Shown in pieces: positions 18,826-29,826 of a stretch of 64,000 bases of DNA. The translations under genes and the position numbers were made by a program. The notes below the pieces were generated by a model. It was given only the letters and a program-made list of their open reading frames with translations. It did no database searches and was not told where the DNA came from. Position 1 is the first letter of the stretch. Each line of letters opens with the position of its first letter. Source of the DNA: a candidate division WWE3 bacterium (GTDB lineage: Bacteria > Patescibacteriota > WWE3 > 2-01-FULL-39-13); the NCBI GenBank assembly GCA_027002375.1, contig JALWZX010000011.1:18317-82316 (forward strand). Reading direction: 5' to 3'.

Positions 18826-21800
18826 TTGAGTATGAACCTGTCCAACATATTTGCAAAAATCAAGAAACGTCTTGCTATTGTCTCGTATTTGCAAAAGTGC
18901 TCTATTTATTTAACAGATATTGCCACCAAATTTTATGCACATTTGTCAAAGCGCTTTTACTGCTATGACAGTGCGAACGCACATATTGCGTTACTCTTAA
19001 GTATCCCTAAACTAATCGAAAAACATCTACAGCGTTCTTTTGCGGTTTTAATAACCCCAGCTAAAACCCTAATGATTTTGCTTCTAATATTATTTTTAGT
19101 GGTCGGTCCATTAACAACAAGCATGTCCTATGCTCAGAAAGAAAACGTGAGAAACAATCAGTCAGTCTACAAGTCTGATACCACTTCTCCTATCAAAAAT
19201 GTGTTACTAGCACTAAAAGACAGTGAAGGCGCCAATAAAGGTGATAAAACAAGTAAAGATATTCAAATTCCCACTACAAAACCACCTTTAGAGCCAGAAA
19301 ATTCAGATAACGTAATTCAAGCAAATAAGCCGATAAAACTTAAAATCAAAGATGAAACCATTAAAGCTAAAAAGTTGAGATACATTGTTGAGCGTGAAAA
19401 AACGCATGAAATGATCGAAGTCACTAGCATAATTGATGATATTAATAACCAGTTGGTATTAAAGCCAAAAAGGGCATTTAGACCGGGAAAATATAAGTTA
19501 CAAGTAGTAGAAAATATAGACGTAGACTCGACCAAAAACGAAAATGTACAAGCAAAGCAGAAAGACGCCAATAACGCACAAACAAAACCAAGCAATAACG
19601 ATCAGTCACCAACAGAACAACCCAATACTGATCGATCGACAACAGACCAAACTGACAACTCGTTAGATGAACAAGTCAACAGTACACAAACAACTGATTC
19701 CCCTTCTCAGCAACCTATATACGAACAAGAATTTTTATGGGGAGTCTTAGCATACAATAGCGACAAGGCACAATACCTATTGTATGAAACCGCTCAATTT
19801 CAAATCGGGGTCCTTGACGAACAAGGAAACATAATTTGCGATGCTGACATCGATTTAACAATCACAAACAAAGATGCAAATCATAAAACCATATTATCAA
19901 CGAAAACAGGCACTATAACTGAAAGCAACGAGTGTATTAAACATGATTTCACTCTAGAACCTGACTACAAGAGCGAATTACAACTCACCCATTCAGGAAA
20001 ATATACGGTAGAAATAACAGCAACAACAAAAAATGGAACATATAAAACAACCGATTCTTTTGAAGTAATAGAACCAGATGATGTTCCGTTTTTAATACAA
20101 AGAAATACGCCAACAAGAGTCTATCCAAAAAAAGATTATCCAGTTGAAATAACAATAATTCCAAATGAAGATTTTAATGGCGAAATTGTTGAAACAGTAC
20201 CAAGAGATTTTCTAATAAAAAGATCATATCTTGGAATTCCATATACAAATATTCAAAAAACGTCAGGAGATAAAAAAATAATATGGAAAATCAAGCTAGA
20301 AAAAGACGTGCCTGTGATTCTCTCTTATAAATACGATGCGCCGAATATATCACCACAATTTTATTTATTAGGTCCGATAGAGTTTGTGAGAACAACTGAA
20401 ACCACTACCCTATCTGATGAACCGAACCAAGATACTGATAATAATCGAAATCTATACAAAGATAATGAGTTAGATAACGCCAAAGATAAAAACAATAACA
20501 AGAACGCCGATAAAAACAACAGTACAAAGAAAAGCGATAATAACCAACAAACCAAGAATAAAAGTCAACAAAATCAAAATCCAAATCAACGAGACCAAAA
20601 TAAAATTAAAAATGTCGAGACTATAAGAAATATTGATATACCCTCGATAGACCTCGAACCAAACAACACCTACGCATCTAAAGTAACGACAAATAAAAAA
20701 GTAATATTTACAGAACAGAGAGAATGGCAGCTTGCCAATGACGCTATCGATGATTATGCAATATACACAGACACAAATGGAACACATGATACTGATAACT
20801 CATCGTACACAGGCGTACCCTTCAACAATCAAGTAGCACAGGGAGGTATCTTTACTCAAAATGCCAACGACATTGATGTAGGTTTAGGTTCTGATGGTCA
20901 CTATTTATTTGGATATGTAATACAGGCTAGAAACGATTCGTATGGCAATCGTATCTCTTATCTGTCTAGGGTCACATTAGACGAAACAGAAAATTTAACA
21001 GGACACGGCCAAGGGTATAGAAGAAACGCAACAAATGACAGATATTACACATACGGATATGGAATTGTAAATGCATCTTCTGGTGATAACATACGTGTAG
21101 AAGTTATTAGACAAGGTGATAATACAGCGTCACACACATTAGAAGCAAACCGATCCTCTTTTTGGTTAGTTAAATTAGACGACGATTGGGCATATTTAAA
21201 GTTACAAGGCCAAGACAATCAATCAACCTCGACTTCCCTGCAAGATATTAACTTTACCACATCGATAGAAAATACAGATACGGATACTTTTGGACACAGT
21301 ACGTCGACAAACTCAAATCAAATTACATTGAAATCATCAGGTCATTACTTGGTCACATACTCTGTAGGTGTTGACGGCGCTACAAGCAGAACTTCTGTAA
21401 CAACAAATTTAGCACTGAACGGTACAGCAATACCACAATCATATGATTACTCATACATACGATCGTTAAACTCTACAACACATGGTACTGCAACAAACAT
21501 GTCGATCATAAACGCATCTGCAAACGACGTTCTAACTTTAAAATGGGGCGCTACTGGTGCACACAGTTCATATGGAACTCAAACAAGATCAGACCGAACG
21601 TTTATTGCAGTTGTTAAATTGCCTGACGATGGCGATTATTTAATGGCACATGACACAAGTGGGACTCAAAACGTAGGCGGGTTAAACAATACGCTAACAT
21701 TCGACACATCAGACGAGGCAGATTCAACTTCTTTTTCATTTAGCACATCAACAGGTACAGCTACAATACAACAAGATGACACCTATTTATTTATGAGTGG

Positions 21801-24800
21801 TGCAAGAAGTAACAGAACAACAGGTACAGCCCGTCTAACAAGTGCGGGTTTATTTTACGTAAATGGGACACAACAAAGTGTTGGAAACACAGGTGTATAT
21901 GTCAGAGGTGATCAAGGTACACCAGACACATTTGATGGAGGCTGGACTGGTGCTGGCATTTTTGACCTGTCACAAAACGATCAAGTAACATTTAGACAAG
22001 TTGATGAAGGTGATAACGGTGGTGACGATAAGTTTGTAGCAAATGCACTCGGTTTAACCGCAATAAACCTAGATACAATCTTAATTCCAGTAACAAACGA
22101 TAGCCCTAATGCACCACAAACACCTTATGTAAATAATGATACAGCTCAGAGTGGGCAAGCTTCCCCTGTTTCTAACTTAACTGATATAACACCTGCGTTT
22201 TCTGCAATTTATGATGATAATGACGCATCTGATACCGCCCCTTTTTACCAAATTCAAGTAGGTGACGATACAGATTGGTCAGATGCACCAGAACTTTGGG
22301 ACAGTAACAAATCTTCTCTAACAACAGCCGTAAACGAAAATTCAAGATCTGAAGATATTATATATAATGGAACAGCTCTAACTGCAGGCTCAACATATTA
22401 CTGGCGAATAAAGTTTTGGGACAATAACGGTGCAGAAGGTGCGTGGTCAGCTACACAGCAATTTAGCATGGCAACAAATAACGATCCAAACGCACCACAA
22501 ACACCTTATGCAAATAACGATACTGCGCAATCCGGTCAGGTATCACCTGTTTATAATTTAACAGATACTACACCGGCCTTCTCTGCGATTTATGATGATG
22601 ATGATACTACAGACAAGGCTTCATATTATCAGTTACAAGTAGGTGACGATACAGATTGGTCAGATGCACCAGAGCTTTGGGACAGCACCAAGACGGCATT
22701 CACAACATCATTAGATGAAAATTCTAGGTCAGACGATATAATTTACGGTGGCTCTGCACTAACACTTGGCTCAACATATTACTGGCGAATAAAGTTTTGG
22801 GACAACAGAGGTGGTGAAGGCGCGTGGTCAGCTACACAACAATTTTCTCTAGCAAGTTCAGTCGGTAATGATGGCGACGTGGCAATTTATCAAGATACAA
22901 ATGGAACACATAATACCAATAATACATCATATACTGGCGTTCCGTTTAATAATGTTGTAACGCAAGACCCAACTTTTTCTCAAAACGCAAATGATATTGA
23001 CGTAAAACTTGTAAATGGTGGACACTATCTAGTTGGTTACAAAGTAGAAGCTCAAAACACATCTTACGGAAACAGAATTGGCTATCTGTCAAGATTATTG
23101 CTAAATAGTACAGAAGAATTATCGGCACATGGGCAGGGTTATAGAAGAGATGCAACGAACAACCGTTACTACGCTTACGGTTATGGTATTATAAGTGCAA
23201 ACGCGAGTAATAATATTAGGGTTGAAGTAATTAGAAACGGTACTAATTCTGCAGAACACGATCTCATTGCAAATAAATCTAGTTTCTGGTTAGCTAAACT
23301 AACAGATTCTTGGGCGTATTTAAGATTACAAGGTCAGGATAATCAAACGACATCGACTTCCCTACAAGATATAAACTTCACAACTTCTATAGAAAATAGT
23401 GATACGAATACATTCGGTCATAGTACATCAACTAACTCAAATCAAATTACTCTAAAACAAGCAGGCCATTATTTAGTTACGTACAATGTCGGTATAGACA
23501 GTACAACAGATAGAACATCTATTACGACAAACCTTGCTCTAAATGGGACTGCGATACCGCAATCATATGGTTACGCTTACGCTAGAGGTTTAAACGGTGC
23601 AACAGATGCAACAGCATCAAACATAACAATAATAAATGCATCCGTAAACGATATTTTAACATTAGAATGGGGCGCAACAGGCGCATATGCAACAAATGGA
23701 TCTCAAACAAGATCAGACAGAACTAGTATTCAAATTGTAAAGCTACCAGACACAGGTGATTATTTGCGAATTCACGAAAATACAGATGGTCAAGATATCG
23801 GTGGTCTAAATAACACAATAACATTTGATACATCAGATGAGGCAGATGCTAACTCTTTCACCTACTCTACCTCAACAAGCCAAACAACAATAAATAAAGG
23901 TGCTTTTTACATTTTTACATCAGGCGCACGGACACATAGAACAACTGGTGGCACAAGGTTAACCTCTAAAGGCGCATTTTTTATAGATGGCACTCAATCA
24001 GACTTAGCTAATACAGGTACTTATATTAGAGGTGTCCAATCACCAAATAATACACTAGATGGTGGTTGGTCAGCCGGCGGAATTCTATCGTTATCAAAAA
24101 ATAACGTTGTTGATTTTAGACAAATAGACGAAGGTGGCAACGGAGACGATGATAAGTTTGTCGCAAATTCATACGGAATAACAGCAGTAAACCTAAATTC
24201 TTTCTATACAATCTCAATATCAGGAACGTGCCAACAATACGATGAATCTACCAATTGTGCAAATGGTGAAACAGTAAAAGTAGCAGTAGACGGCCAACTA
24301 CAATCGCAAACCACAACAACATCATCGGGCACCTTCACAATTTCGGGTATTCCTAAACCAGCGAAAAATTCAGTAATAACCGTATTTCTCGACAATGTTA
24401 GTGATTCGAATGAGGCTGTAACAATAACTAAATACGCTGGCTCAGGTGATATATCAAATCTAAAACTATACGAAGAACATCTTACTTTAGGAAACGAGTC
24501 AAACACATCACCAATATCGAATTCTGATGTTGCCAAATACGACAACTCTGTCTCATCAGATGAAGATATATTTTTCGACGTAGACTCTAGTAATAACTTA
24601 ACGGTCGACTATACAGCACAATCAACACAAGAAAAATTATATGTACTAGCTAACAACACTTTCAGGCCAGATGACACAAATGCAACAACTGTTACTACAG
24701 AAAAAGTAAAAGTAGACGGGGGGCTAACGCTAGATCAAACAACATTCAAGATAACTGGATCTGGTACTGGTTCAAGTGTACCAATAACTTTTGGCTCAAA

Positions 24801-27051
24801 CGGGATTCTAACTGCGAATTCCCCATCAACAGTAGAATTTAGTGGCACATCAGCGACAGAAATTCCGGCATTAACCTATTACAACTTAAAACTAGCACCA
24901 TCAAGTGGCTCACCCACCCACACGCTTGGCACTGCCACATCGCAAACTATAGATATAAACGGCTCTCTAACGATAGGCGATTCTACAAATACAGTAACGG
25001 CAGATCTTGGCACATACTCACCCGCAATAAATATCAATAAAAGTTTAATAGTTAATTCTAACGCCACCATGTCAGGTTCATACTCAAACACTATTAAAAC
25101 CGCAGGTTCGGTAACCGGTGGTGGCGTGATTAACATCTCAGGCACAGGTTCGTTTGAAAATAACGCTTCTGCAAATGTTTCTTTTGGATCTTCAACGGGT
25201 TCTAATAACTGGTCGTTCAGCAATTTAGCTTTCACGAATTCTGTATTCACACCTGTAACAATAACGTTAAATTCGGGTGGTACAGGTACGATTCAGGTAA
25301 CCAATACTCTAACAATCGGCAATTCTGCAGATACAGAGACAACCATTTTAGATAACGAAACAAATGATCGTAACTTAGATTTAGTCGATTTAACAATTAC
25401 TGATAAGGGGGAATTTAAGGCATCTTCGACTTCCACACAAAAAATTGCACAAAACTTTACAAATAATGGTACGTTTACGCCAAACAATTCAACCATAGAG
25501 TTTGATGATTCAACTAAGACTTCCAAATTATTATATTCTAGTAACACAACATTCTATAATCTAACCGTAAATACAGATAATAAACAAATACAATTCGACG
25601 AAACTGAACAAACAAATATAACAGGAACATTAACATTGCAAGGTTCAGCCTGCGGAACTAGCAGAGTACTAGTAGATTCTACAACAGACAACGACCAATT
25701 TGATATAAACGCAACAGGATCAACAACAACAGAATATGTTGATATAGAAGATTCAAATGCAGTAACAGCGCTAACAGCACGAAACGCAACTGAAGATAAT
25801 GGCGGTAACACTAACTGGACAATAATCGCAGGATCTTGTGGTTCAAACACCCCACCAAATGACCCGACATCTTTAACACAGGCTAAAACAGACGATACAG
25901 TTTTAAACACAGGTGACTATACAAACGAAACTTCAATAAAATTTTCTGCATCGGCAAGTGATACTGACAACCCTGATGGCTTAAAATTGTGTGTAGAAAT
26001 ACAACCAGTTGGCACAGCGTTTACAGGCACATCTACACAATGTTCAGACGAACAAACATATACTGGTTCAGCTCTCACATTAACTACAACGATATCTGGT
26101 TTAGATGCAGACGAATCTTATCATTGGCAAGCAAAAATCACAGATACAGCAAATTCTGATTCTAACTGGGTTTCATATGGGGGAAATCTAGAGACGGCTC
26201 GCGATGTAGGCATAGACACAACAGCACCAACCGTTGCAACTATATACGATGGCGATGTTAACGGTGTTGATAAAGAGATTAGCTCGAGCTCCCTATCAGA
26301 ATTATCTGCAAATTGGGATAACTTTGATGCAACAGTATCCGGCATCAAAGAATATGAATATTCAATTGGTCTAACTCAGGGTGGCACAGAAATTCTAGGT
26401 TGGACATCAAATGGAACAAGCACATCAGTAACGGCAACGGGTTTAACATTGCAAACTTCAAAAGTATATTATTTCAATGTAAGAGCAACTGATAATGCAA
26501 GTAATATCTCTAATGTTGCATCATCAGATGGGCAGATTGTAGCACCAAGTTTGCAGTTTTCTGTAACACCACCGACAGTAGAATTCTCTAACTTAAATGC
26601 ATTGAATGGATATTCAGCAGAACAAACTGCAACATTAACTACATCAACTAATGCTTACAATGGGTACGAGATTCGGGCATTTTTGGCTAACTTGCTGACA
26701 TCCAGCGACGGCGTAAACACAATCCAAAACTTTGACGGTGGCACCTACTCTGCCCCTGCTTCATGGGATTCTTCAGATAGAGGTTTCGGATACACATCTA
26801 GCGACACTTCAATACAAGGTGTAGATAAATTTAATTCGTCAACATGTGCAGGGGGCGGAGCCGCTCCTTGTTATGCACCATTTGCAACATCATCACCTGG
26901 CGACATAGTCGCAGATCACGAATCCACAGTAAGCGGCTCCGCGATATCAAATGAGCAATTCAACGTAACTTACAAAGTACAAACTGACTCAACGCAACCT
27001 GCATCTAAATATTCGACAACAGTTATATACGCAATTACAGCTAAATATTAA
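18826..27051 (+). CDS. giant surface adhesin (2741 aa): Ig-like N-region, two blocks of C1q/TNF-like domains, two Fn3-like repeats, beta-helix-like region, Fn3, C-terminal WxL/SCPU-like domain
   Basis: Hydrophobic signal (LMILLLILFLVVGPL...SYA); ~445-aa block duplicated at 708-aa spacing (GHYLVTY motifs); 127-aa repeat ending YYWRIKFWD..G.EGAWS; C-terminus aligns with that of the 28413-29477 product. Confidence 0.85.
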   Translation: MSMNLSNIFAKIKKRLAIVSYLQKCSIYLTDIATKFYAHLSKRFYCYDSANAHIALLLSIPKLIEKHLQRSFAVLITPAKTLMILLLILFLVVGPLTTSMSYAQKENVRNNQSVYKSDTTSPIKNVLLALKDSEGANKGDKTSKDIQIPTTKPPLEPENSDNVIQANKPIKLKIKDETIKAKKLRYIVEREKTHEMIEVTSIIDDINNQLVLKPKRAFRPGKYKLQVVENIDVDSTKNENVQAKQKDANNAQTKPSNNDQSPTEQPNTDRSTTDQTDNSLDEQVNSTQTTDSPSQQPIYEQEFLWGVLAYNSDKAQYLLYETAQFQIGVLDEQGNIICDADIDLTITNKDANHKTILSTKTGTITESNECIKHDFTLEPDYKSELQLTHSGKYTVEITATTKNGTYKTTDSFEVIEPDDVPFLIQRNTPTRVYPKKDYPVEITIIPNEDFNGEIVETVPRDFLIKRSYLGIPYTNIQKTSGDKKIIWKIKLEKDVPVILSYKYDAPNISPQFYLLGPIEFVRTTETTTLSDEPNQDTDNNRNLYKDNELDNAKDKNNNKNADKNNSTKKSDNNQQTKNKSQQNQNPNQRDQNKIKNVETIRNIDIPSIDLEPNNTYASKVTTNKKVIFTEQREWQLANDAIDDYAIYTDTNGTHDTDNSSYTGVPFNNQVAQGGIFTQNANDIDVGLGSDGHYLFGYVIQARNDSYGNRISYLSRVTLDETENLTGHGQGYRRNATNDRYYTYGYGIVNASSGDNIRVEVIRQGDNTASHTLEANRSSFWLVKLDDDWAYLKLQGQDNQSTSTSLQDINFTTSIENTDTDTFGHSTSTNSNQITLKSSGHYLVTYSVGVDGATSRTSVTTNLALNGTAIPQSYDYSYIRSLNSTTHGTATNMSIINASANDVLTLKWGATGAHSSYGTQTRSDRTFIAVVKLPDDGDYLMAHDTSGTQNVGGLNNTLTFDTSDEADSTSFSFSTSTGTATIQQDDTYLFMSGARSNRTTGTARLTSAGLFYVNGTQQSVGNTGVYVRGDQGTPDTFDGGWTGAGIFDLSQNDQVTFRQVDEGDNGGDDKFVANALGLTAINLDTILIPVTNDSPNAPQTPYVNNDTAQSGQASPVSNLTDITPAFSAIYDDNDASDTAPFYQIQVGDDTDWSDAPELWDSNKSSLTTAVNENSRSEDIIYNGTALTAGSTYYWRIKFWDNNGAEGAWSATQQFSMATNNDPNAPQTPYANNDTAQSGQVSPVYNLTDTTPAFSAIYDDDDTTDKASYYQLQVGDDTDWSDAPELWDSTKTAFTTSLDENSRSDDIIYGGSALTLGSTYYWRIKFWDNRGGEGAWSATQQFSLASSVGNDGDVAIYQDTNGTHNTNNTSYTGVPFNNVVTQDPTFSQNANDIDVKLVNGGHYLVGYKVEAQNTSYGNRIGYLSRLLLNSTEELSAHGQGYRRDATNNRYYAYGYGIISANASNNIRVEVIRNGTNSAEHDLIANKSSFWLAKLTDSWAYLRLQGQDNQTTSTSLQDINFTTSIENSDTNTFGHSTSTNSNQITLKQAGHYLVTYNVGIDSTTDRTSITTNLALNGTAIPQSYGYAYARGLNGATDATASNITIINASVNDILTLEWGATGAYATNGSQTRSDRTSIQIVKLPDTGDYLRIHENTDGQDIGGLNNTITFDTSDEADANSFTYSTSTSQTTINKGAFYIFTSGARTHRTTGGTRLTSKGAFFIDGTQSDLANTGTYIRGVQSPNNTLDGGWSAGGILSLSKNNVVDFRQIDEGGNGDDDKFVANSYGITAVNLNSFYTISISGTCQQYDESTNCANGETVKVAVDGQLQSQTTTTSSGTFTISGIPKPAKNSVITVFLDNVSDSNEAVTITKYAGSGDISNLKLYEEHLTLGNESNTSPISNSDVAKYDNSVSSDEDIFFDVDSSNNLTVDYTAQSTQEKLYVLANNTFRPDDTNATTVTTEKVKVDGGLTLDQTTFKITGSGTGSSVPITFGSNGILTANSPSTVEFSGTSATEIPALTYYNLKLAPSSGSPTHTLGTATSQTIDINGSLTIGDSTNTVTADLGTYSPAININKSLIVNSNATMSGSYSNTIKTAGSVTGGGVINISGTGSFENNASANVSFGSSTGSNNWSFSNLAFTNSVFTPVTITLNSGGTGTIQVTNTLTIGNSADTETTILDNETNDRNLDLVDLTITDKGEFKASSTSTQKIAQNFTNNGTFTPNNSTIEFDDSTKTSKLLYSSNTTFYNLTVNTDNKQIQFDETEQTNITGTLTLQGSACGTSRVLVDSTTDNDQFDINATGSTTTEYVDIEDSNAVTALTARNATEDNGGNTNWTIIAGSCGSNTPPNDPTSLTQAKTDDTVLNTGDYTNETSIKFSASASDTDNPDGLKLCVEIQPVGTAFTGTSTQCSDEQTYTGSALTLTTTISGLDADESYHWQAKITDTANSDSNWVSYGGNLETARDVGIDTTAPTVATIYDGDVNGVDKEISSSSLSELSANWDNFDATVSGIKEYEYSIGLTQGGTEILGWTSNGTSTSVTATGLTLQTSKVYYFNVRATDNASNISNVASSDGQIVAPSLQFSVTPPTVEFSNLNALNGYSAEQTATLTTSTNAYNGYEIRAFLANLLTSSDGVNTIQNFDGGTYSAPASWDSSDRGFGYTSSDTSIQGVDKFNSSTCAGGGAAPCYAPFATSSPGDIVADHESTVSGSAISNEQFNVTYKVQTDSTQPASKYSTTVIYAITAKY
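22105..22850 (+). repeat. intragenic tandem duplication of a 381-bp Fn3-like unit
   Basis: Identical DNA tracts such as caagtaggtgacgatacagattggtcagatgcaccaga and ggctcaacatattactggcgaataaagttttgggacaa recur 381 bp apart. Confidence 0.9.
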
Positions 27052-27053
27052 TT

Positions 27054-28352
27054 ATGTGGAATTCAAGCAAAACCTTAAAACAAAAGAAAAATCTAGAAGC
27101 ACAACCACACAAGCGTCGAAAAGTTACCGAGTCTACCAAGTTCAAAAGCGAAACACCACGGACTAAAGCCCGTAGTTTCTTATCGCCAATTACCATATTA
27201 ACTAACCCTATCCACACACTAAAGTGTATGAATTTAAGTTTGGTGACAATAAGGCTAGCACTAATATTGGCTGTTCTTACTTTACTAATTTTATTGTTTC
27301 CGTTAAAAACACAGGCAAAAGATTTGATAATTAAGAATCAACTAGAAAGCGAAAATGCATACATACAAGATAATACACAAAATACACAACAACCTGTGTT
27401 TAGAAAGCCAACAATTGATTCCCACAATGATTTCACAGACAAAACCCTTTCTAACCCACAAGTTAAAGGAAAAGCAGTTTTATCAACAATAGCGATTGGC
27501 GTATCGCCTGCCATAGCTGAACTTCCCGTAGACCCTGTGAAAACTAAAGTTGCGAAAGTATATGTTTTTAACAATACCAATGTGCCACTACCAATACATG
27601 CTTTTTCTGATAATTTTTCTGTAAACGAAATTGTAATAGACAGTACAAAAGACAATTCAAACACTTTCGATGCTTCAAATTGGATAACAATAGACCCACC
27701 TGACTTTATACTTCAACCAAACGAAGAAAAAGAGGTCTATATCTCAATTTCGCCTACACCAAATGCAGAACCAGGTGGGCATTATGCCACCGTTTACTTT
27801 AGACCCTTAATCTCAGAAGAATATATAACCCCAGATAAAACCTACTTAACTGCACAAATTGGTGTATTATTGTTCTTAACTGTTTCAGGAAAAATCAAAG
27901 AATCTGCAAATATTTCTAACTTAACTTTACCTAAATACCCTACGCCAGATAACTTTTTACCAACAGTTTACATACAAAACAACGGAAACATACATATAAT
28001 TCCCAAAGGTAAAATAACAATCAAGGGCTTGTTTAGAAAAACAACACATGAATTCCCAATAGAAAATTCAATAGTTCTACCAAATACAGAAAAAAAGGTG
28101 GTTTCGCATACCAAGGCTTCATTAAAGACGGGACTATATCGAACATATTTTACAGGCAATTATGGTAGCAACAACAAGCCACTGGCCAGTAGCGACAAGA
28201 TATTCTTCGTATTCCCAAACCACAAGACACTTATTACTATATTTATTCTAATAATAGTTACACTTTTAGTTCAAAAGTTTCATAGAAACATACCATTGGC
28301 TATAAAAGTCTTGTTTGGTAAAATTGATGAATACAAAAGTGGCAGGAACTAA
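27054..28352 (+). CDS. DUF916/WxL-interacting-protein-like secreted protein with C-terminal TM anchor
   Basis: IGVSP, ASNWITI, PNAEPGGHYATVYF, NNGNIHIIPKGKI, VLP, G.Y...YG, C-terminal TM followed by basic tail; paralog of 29827-30915; start 27054 or 27228. Confidence 0.8.
   Translation: MWNSSKTLKQKKNLEAQPHKRRKVTESTKFKSETPRTKARSFLSPITILTNPIHTLKCMNLSLVTIRLALILAVLTLLILLFPLKTQAKDLIIKNQLESENAYIQDNTQNTQQPVFRKPTIDSHNDFTDKTLSNPQVKGKAVLSTIAIGVSPAIAELPVDPVKTKVAKVYVFNNTNVPLPIHAFSDNFSVNEIVIDSTKDNSNTFDASNWITIDPPDFILQPNEEKEVYISISPTPNAEPGGHYATVYFRPLISEEYITPDKTYLTAQIGVLLFLTVSGKIKESANISNLTLPKYPTPDNFLPTVYIQNNGNIHIIPKGKITIKGLFRKTTHEFPIENSIVLPNTEKKVVSHTKASLKTGLYRTYFTGNYGSNNKPLASSDKIFFVFPNHKTLITIFILIIVTLLVQKFHRNIPLAIKVLFGKIDEYKSGRN
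27153..27252 (+). repeat. repeat family A copy inside the 5' end of CDS 27054-28352
   Basis: accacggactaaagcccgtagtttcttatcgccaatt...ccacacactaaagtgt...taagtttggtgacaataa aligns with 44431-44533. Confidence 0.85.
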
Positions 28353-28389
28353 TTTTGGTTATTGCCACTTTTGTGTTTTTTAGTAATCA

Positions 28390-28401
28390 AAAAGGAGGTG
28401 A
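28390..28401 (+). promoter_or_regulatory. strong Shine-Dalgarno site
   Basis: AAAAGGAGGTGA upstream of ATG 28413; most genes in the window have no SD. Confidence 0.8.
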
Positions 28402-28412
28402 CTAGTACACAA

Positions 28413-29477
28413 ATGAAAAACAAAAAATTATTTAAAGTTTTTTCTATGTTATCAGTTACTGCGCTCACGCTTTCACAGGTGGCACTTTCCCTGTCTATGC
28501 CAACTGCTCAAGCAGCATCACTGTCTGACGGCTCTGTTTCGCTTAGCGATTCACGACCCAGTCAAACCAATGTTACCTATACATCTTCATTTCAAAATGT
28601 TTCGGCAACATCAATTCAATGTATAGAATTAAACTTTAACACTGTAGCAAGTGGCACAGGTTCAGTACCAACAGGAATGTCTACTACTAGTGCGACATTA
28701 AATAGTTCATCAACATACATAACTCCAGCCAACTGGACTGTTGATGCAACAACCAATGGTACTGTTAAACTAACCTACGCAACTGGCGAAAGTGGAACAG
28801 ACGGTAATATCATATTAGATGGAATCACAAATGGTTCAACGGTAGACACAGGGTATTTCTTGCGATTTACAACATATAGTGATTCTAGCTGTACTACAGC
28901 TGTAGACAACGCAACTATAATGTTCATCTATACTAACGGGCAACTCGTTTCGTTAACGGTAGACCCAACATTGAGCTTTAGCGTTGCTTCAGTAGCCTCA
29001 GGTCAAACAGTCAACGGTGCAACAACAAATGTTGCTACATCAACAACAACAATACCTTTTGGAACAGTAACAACAAGTACAGATGTAGTCGCCGCACACG
29101 ATTTAACCGTCACAACAAATGCAACCAATGGTTATACCTTATATACAAGATATACGGGACAATTAACCAATGGATCAGGTGCAACAATTGATGATGTATC
29201 AGGTACAAACGCAACACCAGCATCTTTTGATACGGGCGAAGCCTTTGGTTATACTACAAACGATGCAACATTAAGTAGTGCACCAGTAGACAGATTTACA
29301 TCTAGCGGTGGTAATAAATGGGCTTCTTTCACAACATCAAATGCAGAAGTCGCATACGCCGATTCAGCAGTAGATACAGACACAACAAGAGTTGGTTACC
29401 AAGTAGGCATAGCCGGAACAACAGAAGCTGGAACCTACACAACAACTGTTGTATATACTGCAACACCTACCTATTAA
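28413..29477 (+). CDS. secreted Thr/Ser-rich subunit with C-terminal WxL/spore-coat-U-like domain (candidate major fibre or surface-layer subunit)
   Basis: Sec signal (MKNKK...TAQA), one Cys pair, VDPTLSFSV, LTVTTNATNGY, AFGY, terminal strand AGTYTTTVVYTATPTY; no TM anchor; start set by SD. Confidence 0.8.
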   Translation: MKNKKLFKVFSMLSVTALTLSQVALSLSMPTAQAASLSDGSVSLSDSRPSQTNVTYTSSFQNVSATSIQCIELNFNTVASGTGSVPTGMSTTSATLNSSSTYITPANWTVDATTNGTVKLTYATGESGTDGNIILDGITNGSTVDTGYFLRFTTYSDSSCTTAVDNATIMFIYTNGQLVSLTVDPTLSFSVASVASGQTVNGATTNVATSTTTIPFGTVTTSTDVVAAHDLTVTTNATNGYTLYTRYTGQLTNGSGATIDDVSGTNATPASFDTGEAFGYTTNDATLSSAPVDRFTSSGGNKWASFTTSNAEVAYADSAVDTDTTRVGYQVGIAGTTEAGTYTTTVVYTATPTY

Positions 29478-29526
29478 AAATAATGTAAATGTAGAAAATC
29501 CTTATCTTGAATTAAAGATAAAAAAT

Positions 29527-29557
29527 AGAAGCCCCGGGCATACGCCCGGGGCTTCTT
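29527..29557. terminator. strong GC-rich hairpin (terminator or mRNA stabiliser; REP-like)
   Basis: AGAAGCCCCGGGC-ATAC-GCCCGGGGCTTCT, 50 nt after the 29477 stop. Confidence 0.75.
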
Positions 29558-29826
29558 AGATAAAACATTCATCATTACCAAATTAAACACCTCCATTCCA
29601 AAACGAAATTCTATGATTCTTCTCGCTCATATCCTTCAACACGAAATACCAGCACCACTTTCAGACCCACCCTCTAAAACGAAGTGCCCCACCACCACTC
29701 GACATCAATTTCAAAACGAGACGTTTTTCACATTTACTTCTCTTTTTCCTACCCTATTGCTACAAAATTTAATTTGTGTAAAATCAAATTACAGTAAAAA
29801 ATATAAATCAAATTATAAATAACCAA

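Noticed and set aside
29613-29822. 69-aa ORF in the gap within the surface locus
   Set aside because: No motif or start signal; likely non-coding, possibly a highly decayed repeat
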